Source of the DNA: Zygnema circumcarinatum SAG 698-1b
Lineage: Eukaryota > Plantae > Zygnematophyceae
DNA length: 64,000 bases
Reading direction: 5' to 3'
Assembly (NCBI GenBank): GCA_037447605.1
Contig: CM074813.1
Location: forward strand, 1 to 64,000
Made by a program: the position numbers and the translations under genes. Below the pieces are notes generated by a model. The model made no database searches, had not been told where the DNA came from, and was given only the letters and a program-made list of their open reading frames with translations. Position 1 is the first letter of the stretch. Every line of letters begins with the position of its first letter. Positions 45,415 to 57,600 of this stretch are shown piece by piece.

Positions 45415-46360
45415 TTCTGTATTCACACCTTTTTTGTCTACACACAGACCTTTTTCGCCCGGCAGGTTCTATTTTAGAAAAAAAAAGGATTAGAAACGAA
45501 AAATGCTTTTTCCACACCTTTCTGGAATCGATACAAACCTTTTTCCGTCGGGCAGATTTTACCCCTGATTTTTTTTTTGGAGAGAAAAAAATATCGGCTT
45601 GCCCGAATCCGCTCGGGGCGGAAGATCCGTCCGCCACGAGATCGTTCGTGGGTAATATCTGCCGTTGATTCTCTTTCAGAATCGCACCACGGCAGATCAC
45701 CGTTCGATCTGCAGTCGGGCTCGGTTGCAACGAATGGCACGGGCCCACGTGTCCCACCAAAGCCAGCTGCTGGGCAAGTGCTAAACGCGCGTCCCTCGCC
45801 GAGATCACCGCAAAATTATGAGCTGGACCGGCCAGCCTGCGGCTGCTCGCCATTGACAAGTAGCAGCCAATCACCATCTGTCACGTGTTAATTTTTCATG
45901 ACGTGGTTAATTATTATTGGTCCGGGGTCTCAATGTACGGTATTTCGGCTTTCCTCGAAGCTATGACTGTTCAACGTGTGTACGGACCACTTTGAGTCTG
46001 CTTTGACGGGACACGTGGGCCCGTGCCATTCGCTGGGACCGAGCCCGACTACAGATCGAACTGTGATTTGCTGTGGTGCGATCTGCAAGAGAATCGACGA
46101 TGGAGATTCATCGCACCTGTAAAGGACGGACACCCGCGAACGATCTCGTGGCGGACGGATCTTCCGCTCCGAGCGGATTCTTGCAAGCCGATATTTTTTT
46201 TCTTTCCAAAAAAAAAACAGGGACGTTAAAAGGTTTGTATCGATTCCAGAAAGGTGTGAAAAAAACATTTTTCGTTTTTAATCCTTTTTTCCTAAAATAA
46301 AACCTGCCCGGAGAAAAAAGGTCTGTGTGTAGACAAAAACGGTTTGAATATAGAACTTTC
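45415..46360. repeat. Inverted pair of repeat Y (arms about 45415-45763 and 46000-46360)
   Basis: Long shared blocks in opposite orientation, e.g. CACACCTTTCTGGAATCGATACAAACC, GCGGAAGATCCGTCCGCCACGAGATCGTTCG and CGAATGGCACGGGCCCACGTGTCCC. Confidence 0.85.
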
Positions 46361-46631
46361 CTATTAATACGGTATTGTACACTGTATCGAACCTCAAGGT
46401 GTATAGTACGCAACACTAGCCGCCGTGCGCGTGTTCACGTTTCTTGCACCGCCTGGCGCCGCCTCCTCTGCCTTCCGGTCCGTCCGTCGGGCGAGGGGGA
46501 CGCAGGGGGCGTGTGCGCATGCATGGCCTCGGCTCGATCGCAAACCTCCCTCCCTCCCTGCCCGCCTCCCTGCCCGCCTGCCTGCCTCCGTAGTCGCGTG
46601 CGTGCCCTCGCCTCGCCTCGCCTCGCCGCGG

Positions 46632-46645
46632 CCGTACGGTACGGC
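46632..46645 (+). promoter_or_regulatory. CCGTACGGTACGGC motif upstream of the GTPase gene
   Basis: About 185 bp upstream of the ATG at 46830. Confidence 0.5.
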
Positions 46646-46829
46646 ACTGGCCATCGTTCGATCATCGCCGGGAACCGGATCCGTTCCCGGATCTCGCGGC
46701 CGCCGTCCGGTGGACCCGCTGGGTCCGCCGGTGGATCCGGCGCCGCTTGTTCCTCTCTGCTCCGCGCTTTCTCCTTCTCTCTCGGCCACCCTCTCTCCCT
46801 TGCCTTCGCGCCGCGCCGCTCGCCCCCCT

Positions 46830-49800
46830 ATGGCCGCCTTAGGTATAAGGCCTTCTCCTCTGACACGCTGTTCCCGTCAACCGCGCCCGTCCTGCACCTC
46901 TGCTCATCCTATGCGAGCATTTGTTAAAGCCATAAGGGCCCTAAAATCCCTGAATGTCGCTAGTATCAGCATAGAATCTGCAGCTTATTTTGGTCATCCA
47001 TGGATTCCGCAGGGACTCCAACCTCCCTCTTCCCTCAGCCGAGCAGATGCTGTGGCAGCCTGGAAACGACACTGCTCTCGCCAGCTGTCCTCCTCCCGGA
47101 CCATGGCGTGGGAGGAGGAGCCTCCCGCGGCAGCAGCAAGAAGAGCTGGGAAGGCGAAAGGAAGGGAGCTCGCAGTGCACGCCCAGTCGGCGCCGTCCAC
47201 CTCTTCAGCCGCAGTGCCGGCGTATGCTGTAGACTTGCAACGAATAGACGACTCGAGGGCCCTCTGCCCGGGGTGTGGGGTGAAGATGCAGGGCAGGGAT
47301 CCAAGGTTTCCTGGGTATTATCAGATGCCAAGCGTTAAGTCAGCAATGGATATTGATGAAGGTCTTGAGCTTTCGGAGGAAGAAATGGCGAATATTGAAG
47401 GAGTATTGGAGGAGGAGGTGGGGGAGACGGACAATGGAGGAAAGGAAGAAAATCGGAGGGAGGGATGGGTAGCTTTTAAGGCAAATGGACGTAAATTGGT
47501 GCCCATAGACGACGATGAAATAGATTACCTCGATGTGGAAATTGATGATGAGGAAATGGGGTTTGAGCCGGTGGGACCGGAGTTTGGGGGGGAAGCTGAA
47601 CGCGAGAAGGGAAGGTTTGGTGACAGCGAGGACGGGAAGGGGAAGGAGGACAGACATGAAGGCGCCCAAGAGCGCTTGGTGGTTTGCGCTCGTTGCCATG
47701 CGCTGCGGAATTATGGCAAGGTACACTCAGTGGAGATATGGAATTAGAAGGTGAAGGAAGGGAGGGTGAAATGCAAATAAAGCTGGCCGTGTGGAACTGT
47801 CTAGGCCGTTTTAGGCCGCCTAGTATCGTTTGCCCTTCTTCTCTCCTTGGATACTTCCCCCTAGTACCCTTTCCCTCGTTTCCACTGTTTTCCCTGTGTT
47901 TCCCCCCTCCGCTAAATCCCATTAGAACCACGTTTCCCACTTTCCTTTTGTCCTTTCCATCTCCTCCTCGTCATAGAACTTTGCTCTCCGTTCTCAATCA
48001 ATCATTCGCCTTCCTTTCCTTCAGCCTGTATCCCCATTCCTTCCTGTGTGCTCACCCTTTTTTTCCCACCTTTTGTCTTTCCCCATTCCCTCTCTCAATC
48101 TCAATCCCCTTTTCTACTTAATTAAACAACAGTAGCAACAAGCAATGCTGGTGTCTTCGCAGGTGAAGGATGAGAGGCTTGAAAATCTTCTTCCAGATTT
48201 CGACTTTGAGCGCGTGGTAGGGGCGCGCTTGCGCAGGGCTTACGGTCGCAGGGCAGTGGTGGTCATGGTGATCGATGCGGCTGATTTCGACGGCTCGTTT
48301 CCGAGAAAGGCGGCTGAGGTTCTCAATCAAGCGGAGGAGGCAGCTGGCACGAACTGGAAAGAAGGACAGCCAGGAAATGTTTTCCGACTTCTGGTGGTGG
48401 CAAACAAGATTGACTTGCTGCCGAAGCAGGTCAGCTTCCTTTCCCTGTAGATCCGCTGTGTACTATTTCCTCCCTTTACCATTCTCCCTCATCTGTCTTC
48501 CGTGTCTTCCATCATCTTTCCTTATCGTCTTTCTGTCCCTAACCCTTCCACTCTCCTAGTGACCGTCTTCCCCTCGTCCCTCGCTCCTTTCCCGTTCCTC
48601 TCCATTCTTCTGCTCATGTCTTCCTTGTCTTCCCTCTCAGTTCACCTCCTCCCGTCTCTTTACCTTGTTTTGTGAATTAGGAGAGAGGGGGGGAGGGAGA
48701 AGGACGGAGAGAGAAAGACAGAGAGGAGGGAGGGTGAGAGGAGGAGAAGAATAAGGTGGGGGAGGGAGAGATAAGCTAGGAGGGAAGCGTGGGGAGAGGG
48801 AGAGGGAGCGGGAGCAAGTGAGGGGGGCAGGCTGAGAGAATCTGAAGTATATGTTTTCGTGTCAGGTTTCTCGTAACCGACTGGAGCAATGGGTGCGTCG
48901 GCGAGCCCGTGCCGGAGGTGCTCCCCGCGTGAGTGGCGTCCACCTGACGAGTGCGAGCCAGGGATGGGGAATGCGGCAGCTTGTTGAGACCATCAAGGAG
49001 CTTGCAGGGCCTCGTGGCGATGTGTGGGTGGTCGGCGCACAGAATGCCGGCAAGTCCTCTCTGATCAACGCCATGGCCCGGGAGGAGTCGGGAGGGAGAC
49101 GTGGGCAGTTGACAGAGGCGGCCCTTCCAGGCACGACCATCGGAGTGGTTCCACTGGAGGGGCTTCTAGGGCAGCGCAGACGAATTCTCGACACGCCGGG
49201 GCTCCTTCATCCTCATCAAATGACGACCCGACTGACGAGGGAGGAGCAGAAGTTTGTTCAGTCTCGGAAGGTCCTTAAACCACGAACATTCAGAGTGAAG
49301 GTAATGATTCAACTTCAAGGCTCAGAGCCCCTTGAACATTGTTTATTTGTTGCTTTTAATCAGATTCTGTTAAATGTGGGGAGTGCCTTATACTTAAAGA
49401 GCTTTATCTGAATGCGACCTCCAAAGGACCCACTTGGGCAAAGGACATTACATCCTTAATTGGGCAGCTGGCGATCGGATTGCTAAACATCCACGCATCC
49501 ATCCGACGCATCCAGGTTCATCCGCTGATTTGTTCGCCAATTTCTGATGCAGGTTGGCAGCACCATCTACATCGGCGGATTAGCCCGTGTGGACCTCGTG
49601 AATGCTCCCGCGGAGAGCATTTATTTGACGGTGTGGGCATCAGGCTATCTGGTCTGTCACATGGGGAAAACAGAAAATGCAGAAAATGTGTTTGAGAGAC
49701 ATGTGGGGGAACGACTGCAGGTACGAAAGAGGTCCTAACTGGCTGTCTCCGCTTCTGCCTCTACACCTCTTGCCTGAATCATGTGAAGGCCAGCGCTTCC

Positions 49801-50468
49801 CCTTTCTTTTTTGCTTGTATTTTTCTTGAAAATGTGTCACAGGCTGTGAAATGGTCACGCTTGACAATCAAAGCATTCATCATTTGCAAAGACCTTGTGA
49901 TTCATTCAACCGAGGTTCAACAGTTACCAGATCACACGCTAGCGAGCTAGTTGCATGGACTCGTTCGGTTGACCAAATTGCCTAGAATCAGGTCTTCACA
50001 ACTTGAAGAGGGTTCTTGCCAACAACGGTTCTTGGTAGCGAATGGCAGATGCTGAGCTCCACCCGTCCGTGCTGTGTGTTGCAGCCGCCCTGTGACAGGA
50101 ATCGCTCCGCTGATCTCGGACCGTGGCTGCCTCGTGACATCCCTGTGGAGGGCACGCAGTGGGAGCTGAGCTCCATGGACGTGGCAATTGCGGGGCTCGG
50201 CTGGGTTGCGGCAGGACTCAAGGGGCGCGCCACGCTGAGGGTGTGGACCTACGAGGAGGTGGCGGTCACCACCCGCGAGGCCATGGTGTTCGACATGGCA
50301 CCCCTCTTTGAAAAATCGGGATTCACCACGGTGAAGCTGCCCGCCAGCATGGAAGAGGGCAAGGCGGGGAGCGGCAAGAGCACTCCAAGGGAGCTGAAGG
50401 AGGCAGGAGGTCATGCAGAGAAAGAGCGGAGGACGAGGGATCCGAAGCAGCCAGAGCTGACAAGATGA
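46830..50468 (+). CDS. BPG2: YqeH-family circularly permuted GTPase (BPG2-like, probably organellar), 5 exons, about 714 aa; start uncertain
   Basis: Exons 46830-47720, 48163-48429, 48866-49300, 49553-49720, 50085-50468. CPGCG...CARCH zinc motif; permuted order NKIDLL (G4), SA (G5), GAQNAGKSSLIN (G1), PGTT (G2), DTPG (G3). A possible donor at 46843 makes the N-terminus uncertain. Confidence 0.9.
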
Positions 50469-50965
50469 TCCGTTTCTGTGCTCGCTCTTGAAGACGGCCT
50501 TGTTCGTTTCGGAGTGCAGTCGTGGCTGCGCTTGCAATGCACCGCCTACCGCTCTGAAGGATTTGCCGGCCAGTCAGCAGCAACGCCCTGAAGCGGTGCG
50601 ATGTCAGCGGCCAATCGCGCGAGTCCTGCCCTCGGAGCATATAGGAAGCTTGCGAAGACCTCGCTCTGTCAGGGCTGAGATAGTCCACCTCAAGCTGCTC
50701 TCGTCGTTTAACATGTTCACACACGCCATGTTTTAGCTGAAATTCAGCGGATAATCTGACTCTCCGAAAGCAGCCAATATTTCGTGTAGTCCAGTGATCC
50801 ATTTGTGTGATCAGGCCCGTCTGGAAGCACTTGCAATCTGCATACCTCCCAGCCATGCGACAAACGTCCCCTTGCGCGCGCTGATAGCACGCACTGAGCA
50901 GTAGTTAGCGCTACAGCCGCATGTAATTTGATCCTGCCGAATACGTCAATTTGCTTTGAGTTACG

Positions 50966-51257
50966 TGCGTGCCGGCGTGTGAAGTGCCTTCCGAGTGATT
51001 TCATTTTTCATTTCCGGCGGCGCGTTCCAACGGCAACGTGACAAAGTCCAACACTTCCATTTTGAAAATCGACATCCCCAATTCGACCTTGGACCGCGGT
51101 TCGCGAGGGCGGAAAGAGTCGCGCTTGTCGGCCATCAATACAATCAATTTCATGCAATCTCGGGCGCGCTGAAAATGGCGACCCGTGGAGACCGACGCCG
51201 ACAGGTTCACTGCTTACGTCAGCACGCTCACAGCACTGGACGTGACCTCGCGCAGTG
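50966..51257. repeat. Dispersed repeat Z, copy 2
   Basis: Homologous to 23436-23692, same orientation. Confidence 0.75.
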
Positions 51258-51683
51258 GCGACCGCAAATGAATTGTGGGAAAAGTGGAGGCGCTGACAGG
51301 CGGAGGCGGAGCACGCGAGAGATTTAAGGGGGCGGACTTATTATTAGTGTCAGGTCATCCTATTGAGCCGCCTGAACCCTGCACCTCCCGGCAGCCAGGG
51401 CGGGAGCCTAGCCAGGCTGCCCACACCCTGATCCTTCACCCCTCTAGACAATGAAATATAATATCTCCAATATCTTACCGTCCTGATCACAAAAAAACAG
51501 ACTCCAGGACAAGAATAATCAGCAATATTATCAGCAAACCAATCAGATGCGTTTTCAGCTGGCCTTTGACGGGGACAATCTAACGCGTGCTTCAAGTTCA
51601 CCTTCGGAAATGCAAACACGCTCCACTCTTCCTCCTCCGTCAGAACAGGGGATGCCGGTCTGAGCGCAGCGGGTCGCCTCGGG

Positions 51684-54600
51684 TCACGAGGCGGTTGAGA
51701 AGAGGCGCGAGGGCGAGTCGACGGACACGATGTGCTCATCGCCCTCGCTGTCAGAGGCCGATTCGATGAGGTGTTCCCCTTCGCCTGCGTGCCCGTTCCT
51801 CACTGCGGAGGCTTCGACTCTGGTCCTCGCCTCGCCTCCAACCAGATGTGGCTGTGTGCTCCCCCCATTGAGAAACCCACAGTGAGGCAATTTCTATGGC
51901 CTGCCATGTCGTTTATCTGTGAGCAGAAGCACAGCCACAGCCAGCAGTGCACTTGGACTTGGGAATTTCAAATGCATAGAGCCACAGTGGAGGCGTACCA
52001 TGCTCCCCGGACGCCTTGCCTCCCCCGAATTATGTCGAATAATAGTGTAGCTGCTTCCCGCTCTCCCGGGAGCTAGCATCATGTCAGTGGCCGGCAGAGT
52101 TCCGCTGCCGAGCGCTCGGGCCGCCATGGCCTCCTCGTTCTCTGCCTCCTCTTGGTTCCACCGCAGCAGCCCGTCGTGGTCGTGGCTGCCCTTTCGATCA
52201 CCCATGGTAAACCGTCCGCTGCTGATCACCGCGGGAGAGGGGAGAGAGAGTGAGAACAAGAGGCTGGGAAAGAAGGAAGGAAAGGGACTGGCGAGGGGAA
52301 AACGGGAGAAAATAAGGGTTCCAAGCACTATCGACTCTCAACCCGATTTCCCTGTTCCCCTTGTTGGACAAGAGCAGCGAAATAGCCCAGTCAGGTCTAA
52401 TGCAGCAATCGTAGACCAGAATATCCATCCTTTCCCCGAACTGCAAAATGGGCACCTGCCTTCTGTTCTCCAGGACCTAAATAAGCGTACCTCCCATGAG
52501 GGGTATCCGCCAGGACAGCCTCCTCCGATGCAGCATGCTGCTGCGTGCGGGACAGCTGCAGCAAAAGCAGGCGGCACGCAGCAGTGCAGGTGTACTGGCT
52601 GCCAATCGGCTTGCTTCTGGCACTGATTGGATCACTCCCTGCCACGGACAGGCATAGAAGAAGAAATCTCAAAACAGAAGAAACAGTGGTCTATTCCCCT
52701 ACTTCGCTGTTTGGGCAAAAACGAAAACTCGTTCGCATCCTTGACAATGTAGAGCATCATAATTCCCATTTACGAGTGACAAAAGAGGACCTACTCGCGG
52801 TCTCCACAAAGCGCAGAGCGCAGGGCGCAGCGAGGGGCGGCCCTGCCTCCCCCCGCAGGACGGCCCCCTCGAGCAGCACGGCGGCCTCCCCCGGCTGCAG
52901 CGCGAAGGCGGCCCCGCGGCGGTGCTGGAGCATGCGCGCGCTGTGGCCCAACAGCGCGCGGAGGTCCGGGAGGGACAGGGCCGCGGCCTCCTCCTCCACC
53001 ACCACCTTCGCCACTAGCAGGGCCGCCTCCTGCACCCCCCCCCCCCTCCCGCAGGCGACGTCACTTTGTGCTGACTAACGGCACAGCGGCCGCGCACACA
53101 AACAGGAGGGGAGGGGGGAGCTAGGGCAGACAGAGAGCGAGAACGAGAGCGGAAAATCCATGATAGTTTGGGTTATGGGTTCAGGCTTCCTCACCTCCCA
53201 CATGAACTCTGCCACCTCAGGGCTGGACTGAAATGCAGCGAGAACTTTGGCGCGTTCTATGAAGAAGCAGTTCATGACCGCATCCGCTACAACCGTGCAA
53301 ATGTATGGCTGGCTGGTCAACACTTCATAGAGCCCCACAGAGCCTCCGTGCACTGTCGTTGGCTCCGAGCCTTCCTGAGCAGTCTTGCTGGCCATGCTCC
53401 ACTGCAGCACCACCATCCCCATTCCCCCCAGATGTCAGCTTCCACTTCTCCCATCCCTCTCCTCTACACTGTCCTCCTCTCCTCCGTTTCTTTTTCTCGC
53501 CACACCTACATCTACCCTCCATGCCCCTCCGCACTTCCCTTCTCCAACATGGATAGATAGGAAGAAGAGTGATGCATTCCAGGTAGAGGAATTAGAGAAC
53601 CATTCTCGTTTACGACCCTTCACGATCCTTTTTTCATAAGTGGAACGCTAAAAGCAGTTACCACCTCATACCTGCACAATGCCGGTCGAAATGAGCCATA
53701 TCCCATCTGCTGGGTTGCCTTCCCTGATGAGAATATTTCCACTCAGCTTCGTAGCAGGCTTTGCCGATCCCTCGAGAAGCTTCCGGATTTCAGGCGGCAG
53801 GGGACCCACGAGGGGATGCATTGCCAAGAGTTCGGCGGGCTTGGGCATGGCCACCAGGGGAGGCTTGTGCATGAGCGACTTCAGGTCGGCCTGGAAAACA
53901 GCGCCGCATTGTTAGTGTTACTCGTTATTCCTGCCCTGTCTGCGAAAGTCTCAGGTTGCAGTCTAGCAAAACTTACTTTGTTCAACCAATTTCAACATAA
54001 TAACCAGCACTTTGGAAGCATAGCTGCAAGCACTAGTACAAAGGTTGACTTTATTTCACTAGCAAACGTACGACAACAACTAAAGTGAACGAGCAAGCTG
54101 GGTTCGCGAGGCAGCCGCTGCTGCTGCTGCTGCTGACCTGCACGGCGTCCTGCAGGTGGTTGGTCTCCTTGGTGTCGAGCAGCCCCGCGCGTTCAAGGCC
54201 GCTCACGTACTCCATCAGCTCGAGGAGAATGGCGCCGGTCACCTGCTTCGTCTTGATGATGCGCAGCACCTGCCACCGCCTCCACGAATGTTCCCCAATG
54301 AGCCTTGATCCTCACAATTTCTGAGTAACCATCCAGTGCCTAATAAATCAGTACTAAGGTGCCATAGCCATTTAGCAGAGTGGGGATAACAGAATAACGC
54401 TTACCTCAGGGAAAGAGAGCCGCACATCCTCCAAGAATTTTTTGGCTTCTCCATCCTGTTCCCTGCTTTCCTTGAGAACAATGTCTGCCAATTCATTGTG
54501 ACCTGCTTGCATCCAAACAACACCCACCCACCCAGCCGGTTTATCAAGTAGTGACTTTCTTGGTTTATCTCCCCGTCTCTCTTCCTTGTGATATTACGAC

Positions 54601-57600
54601 ACGCTCGTGTGTTCTGCCCTACCAACATCGTGTTTGAGGCACATCCAAATCGTACTCGCCTGTCATTAGCAATGAAAGCTGACCTCATTCCTTACCCCAT
54701 GCCATCACATGCTTTCAGAAGTCTAGATTGCTACATTCCTTTCTTGCAACGGGGACATGAACTCGTCTAAATTGCAGCTGCTGCTGCTGCTGCTGCATCC
54801 TCCTTTTGCCGACAACGGCAGAGCAGCCCACCCATAAACTTGCGCAGCTGCTGCCGCGCGTGACGCTGCGCTCGCAGGAAGGTGGCGGCCATGGACGCGG
54901 CAAGCTCGACCCGGCCGACCGTGAGCCACGAGAAGACGCGCTCGGGCAGCCATGGCGCGCCGCTGCGCAGCAGCTTCAGGTACACCGGCAGCCGCACGTG
55001 CGGGCGCACCCCGCACCACACGTCCAAGCGCTGATGCTTGCTCGCCACGTCGATGGACTCCGCCACGGACTGCATCAGCAGCATCGCCGCGGTCTGCGTT
55101 ATGCGGCCCTCCTCTAACATGGTCCAGTAGGAAGCTTGGATTCCTGCAAAACCCAATTCACGAAGCACTTCTTTATAGAAAGAAGAAGAATGGAAAAAAC
55201 CCGTTCTGCATATGGGCAGGTATACCAAGACAATCTCAAATAACTCGACCCAAGGCAAAGCTTCATGCATAGGCAAGTGCTGATAGTGGGAAGCAACGGG
55301 CATGTATATGTATACCGTTGAGAAAGCGCAGACGTACATCCTGAATCTGCTGCAGGCGTAGCTCCTCGACCGTGTGGATGTAGTGCCGCGGCACGTCGAC
55401 GTCCCCGTCTGAGGGGTGCGGGGGGCGGTTGAGGCAGTGCACGTACCGCCGCACGGTGGGCCAATCGGCGGGGCCGAGCTCCTCGTCCTCGCCCACCTCC
55501 TGGAAGGTCTTCAGGGCGTGGCTGTACATCTCATGCCGCGTGTACTCCAGAATGCGCTTCTGCGAGGCAGCCACAAACGGACTGACGTGGTAAACATTTG
55601 CCCCGTGGGGTGAACATAGTAGGACTAGTTGGCATGAGGGAATGATGATTGCCGCGGCAATCACCCCAGAAGTTACAGGAGAGGCAGCCACTGTGCTGAA
55701 AGCACTAATTGAAAAAAAGCCATTGCTTTTCTTCACCCTCGAGGCGTGAGAGGAGGAGAGAATACGTGTGAATCACATGAATGTGTGAGCATGCACGAGG
55801 TGCTCCGAATGTAAAAGACTTGCCTTCGTCTCCGATGTCTTGTTCATCTTCAAAATGCTGAGAAGAAACTGAGTCGTAGATCCATTAATGATAAGCGTGA
55901 GAAAGACCACTCCTCCAGTCAAGAACAAAATCTGCAACCCAAAAGGAGCTTCAACCATGTTACACTTCCATCTCCTTCCATCACTCGTCGGATTGACTCC
56001 CATGCACCGTGCACCTTGTTCGTGCCCAAAAGACCGACGAAGAGGGGGATGTGGCATTACCCGAGCAGCCGTTATCTCCGATATGTGCTCTCGATCGTCC
56101 TCATGCTGGTGATGCCCCACATACCACAAAGCTGAGCTTACAACACGCATTGTATGGCAAGTCCTGAAGATTCTCGGAAAATTGCTGAAGCGGAAACAAA
56201 ATGCTTGCTTCAACAGAGCAAGCCGCCGTGCAGCACTACGACAGTCGGCTTGCAGAGTGATTTGACTGTGCTCCCAGTTACGACGGGCGAGAGTGCCGTA
56301 CATTGATGATGAGGGCCAGCGTGAGCGCGACGGCCCCCCGCAGGCCCGACCAGACGAGCACGGTCGCCTCCCGCCAGTCGATGCCGTACCCGCTGAGGGC
56401 GAGGCCCGGGTAGAGCACGCCCACCACCACCACGCGCGAGAGCTGCACGAAGACGTACAGCACGACCAGGTACGCCCAGTCCCGCCCTGCCGCGCGCCGC
56501 AGCCAGCCCCGCCACGCCAAGAGGACAGGAGTCAACAAGGCCGGGCTCAGACTCTCAGTTCGAGTCGCAACTGGACCTCGGGGTTTCCGAAACACGTGCA
56601 GGCATAGCTGTTGGCTGCTGTGCAAGATGGCTGAAGTCTTTAGGGTGACGTGTGTAGACAAGTGTTAGCTAGTGGAAAGAACAATGTTCCCCAGTCTATA
56701 AGTGTTCCCCAGTCGACTCAATGCATCATTGCATGAAGACGCCTCCAACAATGTGTAATGGGATGCAGATTGAAAACCAACCTAGCGCTGGTATCGACCA
56801 GATTTCTCCATCAGGTGCAAGACTAACTTTGAGATTCAGCATGCTTCGATTTCAGTTCAAACTCGTTTCAAAGCTCGGATTCGTGTTTGAGCTCAGGTTC
56901 AGTTAGGAGTTTCAGTGAAGGTTCTAGTACAGAGATTGGGCTGCGCTTTGGGCTGAACTCAAGTTCCAGTCCTCGAGTTTGCTGACTCAACGGCAAGGGC
57001 TATGCAGGCATTCCGAGTGGCAGGCGGCGGACTGCACAACTCACCCTGAATGAGCGATCCGCTCCGAAGAATGCTCTCCGCAATGACGACGCCGCTGCGC
57101 CCCTCGCACCGCCGCAACAGGGGAGCAAATTCAATGCAGCGCAAGTTACTTCCAGACATGCCCTTTGACGAGGAGTAGAAAATAGAACAAGCAAAGCATC
57201 TATGCGTAAGACCTCCCTCACCTGAGAATAAAGATCAGGGTGTTGGCGATAAAAGCCACCATTTCCCTGTGACATTTGCACTCATTATTTTTAGAATAAT
57301 AGACATGCCCCAGGTTATCAATAAGGACCCAACGCTAATCACTTCAACTGGAAATACAATTATTAAAAGACAATCAACAGTGACTTTCTTGTGTGCTGAT
57401 TCATCCAATATCCGGTGATTCACGCTTTGCCAATTCACCAGAAATGATGCATGCTATGCTCGCTCTCCCCGGTCAGCGCCGTCTTCGCAAATACTCCAAA
57501 TACTCTGCTTGCCGACACAGCCCACACATTCTTGAGTTATAAAACTATCTTACCAGCAAGGATGCCTCTACCTCTTTCACCCTAGCACAGAAATGGCTAT

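Noticed and set aside
46425-46829. N-terminal extension of the GTPase ORF
   Set aside because: Non-ATG start; a GC-rich leader with simple repeats and the promoter motif.
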